Assembly: GCA_040182905.1 (NCBI GenBank)
Contig: JARQWU010000100.1
Coordinates: 1 to 32,796, forward strand
From: Barthelona sp. PAP020
Taxonomy: Eukaryota
Direction: 5' to 3'
DNA: 32,796 nt
In this document: positions 8,701 through 17,500 of the stretch, in pieces
Position numbering within the stretch: the first letter of the stretch is position 1
Layout: each line of letters begins with the position of its first letter
The notes under the pieces: model-generated
Database searches by the model: none
The model's input: the letters and a program-made list of their open reading frames with translations, nothing else
What the model was told of the DNA's origin: nothing
Translations under genes and position numbers: made by a program

Positions 8701-11563
8701 CTTGAAAGATATTGCTGTTAATCAACTGGTTGATTTAGAGACATTGATTTTGAACAGCAATCATATCACAACACAATCTTTTGTTGGAGCAGGTATTCAG
8801 GCGTGTAAGAAATTGAAACATGTCAATGTTTCCGATAACTCAATCCACAATCTGAAGGAGATTGCCAGTATAGTTGATCAACTTCCAGACCTTGAAGAGT
8901 TGATCATATTTGATAATCCATGCACAGAGAGGGATGATTATGTTGTTCGTTTGATTGGAATGTGTGAACGAGCTCAACTTGGAGATTGGAAGTTGAAGAA
9001 AATAGACAATACACCAATTGACATTGATATCAAATTGCAAGCCTTAAAGGAACATTCCAATTGTTCTACTTTGGTTATTGACCGTTTGAGATTCCAGTTG
9101 ATTTGTAGAGAGAGTCATTATGATGAAAATTCAGAGGTTTTGGATCTTGTAGATAATGATTTAACCACTATAGAGGGTATTCATGCATTTAAGAACTGTC
9201 GTACGTTGTTATTGAGTCAAAATAAGTTGACAAACCTGCCACGCAAGGAGATTGAGCAATTGACCAAGTTAGAGTTTGTGGATCTTAGTTACAACGTGTT
9301 AACGAGTATTCATGAAACATGTAAATGTTTCCAGAGATGTAATAATTTGAAATCCATCAGTTTCAATTTGAGTAGTGCAGATCCTTCTGATTCAGACACC
9401 ATTCAGAAGTATCTTAACAGCGTAATTGATGTTCTGCCTGGTGTGAGTGCTATTGATGGAAAAGAAAACCCCAAACCATTGAGGGAACATGAATACGTTG
9501 CTTGTAGATTCTTGAATGAACTGTGTCCCGATGGTGCTGGGTTTAATTCATATCGTGACATTGACCTTTCAATTGGCTCGATAGAAACCAAACAGTTTGT
9601 TGCTTGTTTGTGTGCATTGTCACATCTGCCTGTGAAGTATCTGAAGGTTCCGGAATCTTGGAGAACTATTGAGTCATATCGTTTCATGCTATTGTATATG
9701 TGTCCTCATCTCATTGATTTGGACAACAGAATGGTTACTGATGATGAAAAAGCAAACGCTATCACCATCTGTGATCGTTTGAGAACCAAAGATGGTTTGT
9801 TCTTCTTACAGAGACCCATTTCCTATTTTGATGAGTTAATTTATGAAGGTGAAGATATTGATTTGGAGATTGAATCTGAAACGTTTGACAAGTATCTGGA
9901 TGATGAATATGCAAAAATCTTGACAAATACACAATACAGAGATGTAGGATCTATGTTGACAAAGTTTGAAATCATTACCACCTTTTTCCAGGTTTTCGAT
10001 TTGATTGTTGCTATGGCTGGATTTATTGAGTGGCCAGGGGTGTTTAGCAGTATGAAAAAAGTTGCTGGTTATGTTGCTTTGGACATGACATCTTTCATTT
10101 CCCAGATTCCTTTTGCCAACTTCATGAAATACATTGTGATGGTTGCTATACCCATCCTTATTCTATTTATATATCGTATGGAAGGAGATTTAAAGAATTT
10201 GCTGAAGAGATACACAATCAATTGGTGTTGCTATGTTACCAAAATGATCTTGTTGCTTATTGGATTGATTGGAGCGACTTTGTTTGTTTTCCATGTCATT
10301 GATCCAACCGTTGTTCCTGATTTGAAGAGTGCCAATTTGACGAATCCCAATGTCGAGCTGTTTTGTATTATTTCTTTTGTTGGTGGAAGCGTTTGGACCA
10401 TATATATGTTGTTCCAAGTGTTCTTCAAGAATAATATTAGAAAAGAGAGCTTCTGGTATAATTTCCATCGTTTGAAAAAAAGAGGGTCATTATTTGGTAT
10501 TACAATGATTTACATGCCTTTGGTAAAGATGTGTTTGAGTGTGTTGTTATGCGCTACCGATACAAATGGTAACTCATACATCATATCATATCCTTCACAA
10601 AGTTGTGGTACCACATTTGCTACAACCACTCTGTTTCAAAAGGGTATTGTAGCTATTGGAATATTGACTGCCATTGGTTTCCCATTTTTGCTGAGTCGTA
10701 TGATCACCAGTGGTGTTAACAAGATAGAAATCAATTATAACACCAAAGCCAAGTTGGATGAAATTAAAGAGGCCAAAGCAGCTTACAAATTAAAGAAATC
10801 TGCCGCTAATAAGACTAATGTCCGTAATTTAGAGGAAAATTTCAAGAAGTACTGGAACGATTCTGTTCGTGAGTTTGCTACAGCTACTTCTTATCTTTAT
10901 CAGTCTTATCGACGTGAAATGAGATACTACAAGATCTTCCAAATGTTTGAAAGATTGCTATTATTGGTTCCAATGGTCTTTATGCTTAGTACAGATTATT
11001 TTAGAGTCAAAGTATTCGCAGCGGGTATTATTGTTGCTGTTTACTTCTTGGCTTCCTTGACTAGACCCTTCTCTGATTATTTAGAGAATACTATGGATGT
11101 AATCATGCGTTTCTTGGTTACCTCTGTTGTTGGGTCAACTATATTGACATTGGATTCATATATGAGTGATGAACATGCAAACAGATTTACTTTGATTGGT
11201 ATGATACTTGTTTGTATTGTATTTTTTGTTTGTCCCTTAATTGCATTGTTTAGAGGTAGAAAGACTGAAAATAGTGCATCTATGAACAAGTTAAAGGAAA
11301 AGAATCTTCAATTAAAGGAAGAAGAAGAAGAAGAGTTACATGAATTGGTACACAGTCGTTCTTTAGCCCATTCAGAAACAATGAAAAGATTGGTTTCAAC
11401 CATTCCTGTTGAACAAATGTCAAATACCAATCTTAAGTCGTTACACATTACCGGAATGGAACCCAATGAAACGATGGAAGAAGAAGTTGAATCTGCTCGA
11501 ACAATTGATGAAGAAGTTGAACATGAATTCAAAGTTGTTGAAACAGAAGAGACAGATCATTAA
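5759..11563 (+). CDS. Large LRR protein: ~8 SDS22-like LRR modules each closed by an LRRcap-like motif, fused to a ~10-TM C-terminal membrane domain, 1934 aa
   Basis: Repeated LxxLxLxxNxI units ending in caps such as GNPFNNPEYRLALV..LRSIDNQPVT, DNPCTERDDYVVRLI..LKKIDNTPI and SYRFMLLYMCPHLIDLDNRMVTDDEK. About 10 hydrophobic helices from ~9950 to ~11250, an acidic tail, and no signal peptide at the listed start. Confidence 0.85.
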   Translation: MQHQQQEFTHPNAPTQMMNTQRRRVSQTNSKDNQIVLPPYNPILKSISDAVLPETDTIVDTYSIGWKTGARFDLKKEMESVENPKFEDSGEGIFAEDFDEAAYIEQLNKVQHVKYQPLRFIGNLPPLRCESSIPDENKLCGYQKIRDASVNPAALEKINFLAFNPQNDVAAMDNVIYQTILKCSNVEILVLQQCGITNIEHFKFPGLRYVDLYLNNVNNFKSFSYFLSQHQFIEYLEIRGNPVLRTENFFERCISICPNIGFLNGIVVTPEMRMNAIFRYRKLDPSSKMYIYWDKIICSLPLVAKMTQWNPSTIQSLSLKNCKLEKLYLACFNALVKLDVSYNGLVSLAEQGLEACHNLRQLNIAYNRINDVRTLEVLSFCSNLLDVFVGGNPFNNPEYRLALVYYTRNLKGTNHYNGLRSIDNQPVTVADRIIVYQKYLGLQQEDLVVKAWDITKILILGHKQVRSHDFCMGLKVLNCPKMDLFHVDLTKFENLEIVNFSQSSTFQTCIGLNTLEKLRVINFGGCPRLHLLSNDRRTRPFLERILNSISNLPSLTSVYLNEQQGPEVSINWNDWRIPIVTRLHGCFRLRYLDGQQIIPVTRVHGLAKSTLTPEQMNLYKFRISILTYLDDPNISFNPEIVLNQVQYRNEDVKEVHAYNLGLQPADYLAFNSFFNLKKLNLSGNQIRDPFLLKLNECKKLKELDLTRNLISIQAEEIVNFIMSIPSLWVLDMRPIDAGQNPSFGNPQMLNYVLVTLAQRQHLAKSGIPLQYLNRSIGLNERVELCRNVIKRDQLDRFRANLAFHWASKGLNEPKILNLAGYGLTDHQLDFEPFSKSLEEVYLAGNNFTTLAGMNLELCQKLRVIDIRSNKIKQMSNIYRITNQLPSLEALGIGHNPFIKKNPDLARMRFIEEIPHLRQLGCPLKEIDGKLISIDEILEAWRNSGADVAETERFRFLIMLNQSMPPGKKLKELTGLNLGRRGLKDIAVNQLVDLETLILNSNHITTQSFVGAGIQACKKLKHVNVSDNSIHNLKEIASIVDQLPDLEELIIFDNPCTERDDYVVRLIGMCERAQLGDWKLKKIDNTPIDIDIKLQALKEHSNCSTLVIDRLRFQLICRESHYDENSEVLDLVDNDLTTIEGIHAFKNCRTLLLSQNKLTNLPRKEIEQLTKLEFVDLSYNVLTSIHETCKCFQRCNNLKSISFNLSSADPSDSDTIQKYLNSVIDVLPGVSAIDGKENPKPLREHEYVACRFLNELCPDGAGFNSYRDIDLSIGSIETKQFVACLCALSHLPVKYLKVPESWRTIESYRFMLLYMCPHLIDLDNRMVTDDEKANAITICDRLRTKDGLFFLQRPISYFDELIYEGEDIDLEIESETFDKYLDDEYAKILTNTQYRDVGSMLTKFEIITTFFQVFDLIVAMAGFIEWPGVFSSMKKVAGYVALDMTSFISQIPFANFMKYIVMVAIPILILFIYRMEGDLKNLLKRYTINWCCYVTKMILLLIGLIGATLFVFHVIDPTVVPDLKSANLTNPNVELFCIISFVGGSVWTIYMLFQVFFKNNIRKESFWYNFHRLKKRGSLFGITMIYMPLVKMCLSVLLCATDTNGNSYIISYPSQSCGTTFATTTLFQKGIVAIGILTAIGFPFLLSRMITSGVNKIEINYNTKAKLDEIKEAKAAYKLKKSAANKTNVRNLEENFKKYWNDSVREFATATSYLYQSYRREMRYYKIFQMFERLLLLVPMVFMLSTDYFRVKVFAAGIIVAVYFLASLTRPFSDYLENTMDVIMRFLVTSVVGSTILTLDSYMSDEHANRFTLIGMILVCIVFFVCPLIALFRGRKTENSASMNKLKEKNLQLKEEEEEELHELVHSRSLAHSETMKRLVSTIPVEQMSNTNLKSLHITGMEPNETMEEEVESARTIDEEVEHEFKVVETEETDH

Positions 11564-11801
11564 ATTTTGAAAAGAAAAATTTCTTGTAAAATTATTAATA
11601 TTTTAAGCTTTTTGTTTAATTTTGATAATTATATGATGGGGGAGTTGATGGTTTAACAAGGGCTATTGTGAAATGAATCAAAATTGAAACAAAAGAAAAA
11701 AAAAAAATTCTTTTTTATCCGCAAAAATTTATTCAAAATTATTTGTTTTATGCACATGTGATTTGAGCAAAAACAAACATAAATGCTAAATAAAAGGATT
11801 A

Positions 11802-14246
11802 TCAATTAAAATCCTCCGAATTATCTAAATCCCCCAAATTATCTTCATCATCACTATACCCTTCTTCTTCTTCTTCTTCATTATAAACATTCGATTTTAT
11901 GTTGCCAATGAGTTCTTCAATGGCATCATCATCATCATCATCCACATCATCATCAAAATTCTCTTTATCAAAGTTAACTTCGGCATTCATTTCATCTTTT
12001 GTATTATCCTCAGAATCGTTCAATTGGTCATTAATGAACAATTCCGATGTTTCAATTGTTTGTATTTGTTGGGTAACATACCGTTTTTCTTCCTTTATCT
12101 TTGAAATATTCAAATGTCTGGGTAAAACCAAACGATCAACATTGGAAGTAATTTTCTCACGAATTCTTTGCCCTTCCCAACGTAAATTATTCAATTGTTC
12201 ACCTTGAGATATAATTGAATCATTTAATTGTTTGATTTCCTCTTCTAAAAGAACATTTTGATTTTTTGTATTTTCAAGTTCAAATCTCAAAACATCAAAC
12301 CTTGCCAATAATTGAACAATCAAAGAATCACGACTTCCAATACATCTTAAAGCATCTTGGTGCAACATCAAAATATGTTGATAATCAAGACTGTAATGAT
12401 TGTCATTTTGTCTTGTTGTTTGATTTTGTCTATGGCTGGAAGATTCTGACGTTTGAGATTCATTTGACTGATGAACGATTTCTTTCAGTTTCAACATATC
12501 AGTGTATTTATCTAATTCTTTCTGTAATGTTTCCATTTGATTTTCCAATTGTTTGATCACCAAATCTTTTTCTTCAGAAGTCTTTGGAATTCCAAAGACT
12601 TTATCTGTTTCATTTATTAGATAGAAATGAGATTTCGAAAGTACGCTGTTTTGTTCCTTTAGTGATCTATTCTCTTCTTTCAAAAATTTGTTTTCTTCTT
12701 CCAGAATTGCCAGCCTGTTTTCATTGTTTGCTGATTTATGAACCAATTTCGTGTAGTTTCTTCCGAATGATCTAATGTTTAAGTTGTCAATTGGCTGAAA
12801 ATAGGCAAATAGTTCATTGATATGTTCACATTCTTCATTCACATTGTTAACCCCTAATAAAGGAGTTAAGGATCTTGAAGAATCATAGCCACCATTACTG
12901 TTACCATTATTGTTGTTATTTTCTTTCATACTATTACTTAGCAGAGGAATTGAAGTAGAACGAAAATAATTTGTGTCGTCAAAAGGTATAAAATTCAAAT
13001 GGGGCAAACCCAATTCAGATTCAACAGTTGATTCAACTTTTTTGTCTACATTTTCTCTTTCATTTTTTTGTTTTTCATGAGAATGAAGATCAATATCTTC
13101 ATCATGGTCTTCTTTATAATGTTCTATCGGTAATGGTAAGGTTTTATTAACATTGGTACTACCATTATTGAAAAAACCAGAAGGTGATATGGGAGAAGAA
13201 GAAGAAGAATATCCAGAATAATTGTCAAAATTTCTTGTTTGTTGTTGAAAGGGAAAATTTGTGTTCGAACTGCAATTTAGAACCATTGATAATTCTTCAT
13301 ACCAACGATCTTTCTCTCTGTTGGGATTCAATAATAAGATCCCAGGATGTAAACGCAAATTCGTTAAAAAATTGTCCATTAAGTCTCTACTATCATGCAA
13401 ATGAGGTCCAATATCCATAAACCATCTAATGATTTCTTTTGGGGAAACTAAGTACATGCTGAACATTGAATCTTTAAGCAGTTCATTCATTTCATCATCA
13501 CCCAACACATAATGATCAATCAACAATAATTCGATATTTTCGAGAATGTGGAATATTTTGTTGGACATTTCCAAAGTATAATCACAAAATAGAGGAACAA
13601 AGAATGCCAAATAATGTCTAACAGTAGAAATACTTTTGACTGCAACAAGAGTATCATATAGTTTATTGACAAAAAATTCATTCACAATTTTTTGGGTTAG
13701 AATTTCTTGCCTATAAAAATACAACAATAAATTGAATATCTCTACAGTATCATTAACATCATTGATACAATTAACCAGTAAATTCCACAAATACACTGAA
13801 TTAACACTGATCAAACGCTTAAAAATATGGTTGAAATTTTCAATGGATTTTCTTTGTATCTGAGACAAAAATTTATTTGAAAATTTGGTAACTATACTGG
13901 TGTCAATTTCAACATCATTTATTATCATAACAATAAACTGAGTAATGACTATTAAAGTTTGATTATGGTGTCTTAAAAAGAAAGGTGTAATATAATCAAA
14001 CCATATATCAATACCTACCTTATTAATATGTGAATATAAATAAATTAAATAACAAAACAATCGATGTACTTGTATATCATTCAAAGTAACACTTCCTATC
14101 TTACTAATCCTTTTATATAATAATATTAGAGGTGGTGTTTGTGCTAATTTTCCATTATAATTGGATAATCTAATATCTTCGACAAAAGGTCGTTCACTTA
14201 TTATATTGTCAACAATTTCACTTATTATAGAATTAATAGATGTCAT
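11802..14246 (-). CDS. TSC1: Probable divergent hamartin (TSC1)-like protein: helical N-domain, Ser/Asn-rich linker, coiled coil, acidic tail; 814 aa
   Basis: SMFSMYLVSPKEIIRWF...NFLTNLRLHPGILLLNPNREKDRWYEELSMVLNCS aligns by eye to recalled TSC1 LFHRLYGMYPCNFVSFL...[39 protein letters not shown]. The overall domain order matches. The CDS itself is high confidence; the family call is moderate. Confidence 0.6.
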   Translation of the reverse strand: MTSINSIISEIVDNIISERPFVEDIRLSNYNGKLAQTPPLILLYKRISKIGSVTLNDIQVHRLFCYLIYLYSHINKVGIDIWFDYITPFFLRHHNQTLIVITQFIVMIINDVEIDTSIVTKFSNKFLSQIQRKSIENFNHIFKRLISVNSVYLWNLLVNCINDVNDTVEIFNLLLYFYRQEILTQKIVNEFFVNKLYDTLVAVKSISTVRHYLAFFVPLFCDYTLEMSNKIFHILENIELLLIDHYVLGDDEMNELLKDSMFSMYLVSPKEIIRWFMDIGPHLHDSRDLMDNFLTNLRLHPGILLLNPNREKDRWYEELSMVLNCSSNTNFPFQQQTRNFDNYSGYSSSSSPISPSGFFNNGSTNVNKTLPLPIEHYKEDHDEDIDLHSHEKQKNERENVDKKVESTVESELGLPHLNFIPFDDTNYFRSTSIPLLSNSMKENNNNNGNSNGGYDSSRSLTPLLGVNNVNEECEHINELFAYFQPIDNLNIRSFGRNYTKLVHKSANNENRLAILEEENKFLKEENRSLKEQNSVLSKSHFYLINETDKVFGIPKTSEEKDLVIKQLENQMETLQKELDKYTDMLKLKEIVHQSNESQTSESSSHRQNQTTRQNDNHYSLDYQHILMLHQDALRCIGSRDSLIVQLLARFDVLRFELENTKNQNVLLEEEIKQLNDSIISQGEQLNNLRWEGQRIREKITSNVDRLVLPRHLNISKIKEEKRYVTQQIQTIETSELFINDQLNDSEDNTKDEMNAEVNFDKENFDDDVDDDDDDAIEELIGNIKSNVYNEEEEEEGYSDDEDNLGDLDNSEDFN

Positions 14247-14599
14247 ATATCATAATATGTATATAAAATATTTCGTTTAATTTTGTATAAAAATATGAGA
14301 TTAATTATTTTTGTTGTGATCATTTCAACCATTCATTTTCTTTTTGAGTTTATCTTATTTCATTGTTTATATTATGTTATTTTGTTATTGTAAAACATAA
14401 TTCTACTTTCTTTTGTTGTTCAAACTATTTCTTTCAAATATTTTCTTTGTGTTATTTATATAAAAAAAATAAATATTCAATTTTGCTGTTTATTTTCAAT
14501 TCTGAAAATTGTTTTGTAGTGATAGAATATTTTATTTCATTGATTTTAAGAAAAATTATATAAAAAATTAAAAACAATTTTTATTCAATAATTTGACAC

Positions 14600-17500
14600 T
14601 TACGTAACTAAATAATTACCAGGTGTATTAGTATCAAAACCTCTGAAATAAGGAACAAAACTAGGTTTAAGAGCTGTAAATCTTTCAGGAGAATCTTCTA
14701 CAAAAGCAATGTATTTAATTGGAACAAACTTTTTACCAGAAGCACAAAAGTTTAACGGAATCTCAATATTACCAGATTTTTCATTTGAATCAATGAAATA
14801 GATGTTACTATGGTTGAAAACTTTGGGAATGGCAATCAATTTCATTTGAGGCAACACCGTAAAATCGTTTTTATTTGAGTGCATGATTGTTGATGTTTCC
14901 AAGTTGATATTGAAACCAGGATTCAAAGCAATACCATTAAGGGTAATCACAGAAGTGACGTTTTCATTCACATTAGTTTTCTTTTTCTTTTGTTGACCGA
15001 TATCAAATGCATTTTCATCTATTTTCAAAACCAAATCGTAATCTAATATGTTATTGTCACTGTTGTTACCACCAACGAAGTTGTATACACATTGAATGAA
15101 TAATTTCGGATACTGAATTAAAGAGATGTCAATGCCATCATAAGATTGTTCAACAATGATCTTCATCAATTGATTTCTCTGAACAGATAAGATGGAGAGT
15201 AATGTAGAACTTGATAAGAATTTGACAAAGGCAAAATCTCCAATCATTCTGGGGGCGAATTCTAAAGGCAATTTGTCTGTAAAGAAACAGGTGATTAAAT
15301 AACGATCTGTCGAAGAAAAGTTAGATTCTAAAGCTTGTGTTAGAAGTTTTTCTATTTTCAACAAGGAAGAATTTAAAGCTATAACTTCATTATAGACCCA
15401 AATAGTCATAGGATGATTGATATTGGACATGGAATAGTTAAGGACACCATTGAAATATATTTGTTCAGGTAATTTTCTCAAGAAGTTATGGACATAAGCT
15501 TGAATATAGTGATATTGTAGTGAATTAACTTCAAATAAAGAATGGAAGGGATATTTAAAAGTAGGTATTAAATGTGAATGTAAAACGCCATGATCAATCA
15601 AAGCAAATAACATTTCATTGAAAGAATCACTTTCAGCAAATGAATAATTGACTGCTGGATGATTGTAATAAATGTATTGAGGTTGATAAAACATAATCTC
15701 AGTGTCAACAACTGGTACTTCCAATAAATTCTTTCCTTCAGCCAAATTGGTTAAATTCAAAGATTGTAAAGCATGTTCAATCAACTCACGTTTTTCAGGG
15801 AAATAAACGGATCCAATAACATGTTCAGCTAAAACATGTTTTAAAGCATTAAGAGGCATAGCATTGGCATCTCTTTGGCTCAAAAAAATGTACAAATACT
15901 TAAAGGCATCAGATAAGAAAATTGAATAATAATTTCGTGGTAATTTCTTTTCATTACATAATTTAAAGCATAAATCAGTTAAAATATAAGAAGAATTACG
16001 AATACCAAAGGTTAATGAATCATCTGTCAAGATAGGTGACATGATTTGTTGCATTTCATCAATAGCAACAGAAGGAGAATAATTTTCATCAAAAACAATT
16101 TGATAATAGTCATTCAATTTCAAAATATCAGTAAATTTCTCTCTGTCTGCTATTCTACTCAAATAAATAGGAGTAACACATAAAAATCCAGGATGACAAT
16201 CAGGTGTATTCAAAGCTTTTAATAATTGTAAAGTCTTTTCTTTACTTGTTTCACTAATTCCTTCAATATACAAGATAGCATGAGTTTTTCTTATTTGAGG
16301 AATTTCTTTAGTTAAAAAATTGTTGAAACTGTAATCATCAAAGAATGAAATTCCAATGGGTATAACTGTACGTCCCGTCTTTGTAGTAATCTGTTTAATT
16401 AAACTATAAAAGGAATATGGTTTAGTATATAATAAAGATAAGATATGAGGTAAACCAAAATCAGTTTGAGCATCATGGAACTTGAAATGCATGTTCAATA
16501 AAGAACTGGGAGATAAAATATTCACTGAATATCCAGGTATAGCTTCATACAAAATCCACTGATGTAATATAGGTAATAAATTTGGATATTTCAACTCATT
16601 AGTAGATATTTGATAATGTACTAGAGATAAAATTGAAAACCAAACCAAAGGTTGATTTGAAATTGAAAAAGGTAAATCATTTTCAAATGGTGGATGTGAT
16701 ATAAGCTCTAAAAGATCATTATTTGCAGTAATCAATTGATTAAAATATTGATTCCAACTATCATAAGAAACACTAGTTGTCAAATCAGTAAATAATTTGG
16801 ATATCTCGTCATCTTCACTCAATTGAACATACAAATTGCAAAACATGGTTGTGTAAGGTCCAGGTAAAAATGCTTGACATTGTGTTGTGGTGACACTATC
16901 AAAATCAAACATTTTCTTGAAAATTCCTTCAAAAATACGATAACCAAACTCATCCTTTCGTTTCAAAGACAATAATGAGAATTCAATGAAGATTTTGGTT
17001 CTGATAACATCACTTTCAACAGTTGAAATAAAAATAATGAGTTGTGCCAGTTGTTTGAACAGCAAAGTGGACCTTGCCTTTGATCCTAATGGGGCAGGAG
17101 GTGCAACAAGAGCAAATAATTTAACTGTATCAATAAACTTTTGAATTGACACAAATTGAATGTTTTGCTTTGATTTATTGATATTGCTCAAATATGCTAC
17201 ATATACATCAACAATTGCAGCAGCAAAAGAATCATATCCTGCTCTAAATGAATAAATATGCTTCAACTCATCATTAGCTTTGGTTCTTTCTTCATCCAAA
17301 CGTACTAATAAAGATACCTTTGTTAACAATTTATCAACATTCTCTTGTGAGGATGTGTTAGCAGTTGATTCAGACAAACAATTGACCAAACCAAATAATT
17401 CCTCCAAAGTACTATTCTCTTTATTGTGTATCTTTCGCAATAAAGTAGACAATTCACTTGATTTACCAATGAAGGCTTCAGCATCAACTTCAAACAATTT

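Noticed and set aside
601..11564. Stop codon doubling as a TAAA polyadenylation signal (Trichomonas-like)
   Set aside because: TAAA occurs at 4 of 7 gene ends, too few to distinguish from chance at this AT content.
11861..11955. (CTT)n and (CAT)n trinucleotide runs
   Set aside because: They simply encode the poly-Glu/Asp acidic tail of the TSC1-like protein.
14363..14563. Short intergenic ORFs (also 5485-5679, 30234-30452 and 481-720)
   Set aside because: They are low-complexity F/L/I/K translations of AT-rich spacer or overlap real genes, and show no coding signal.
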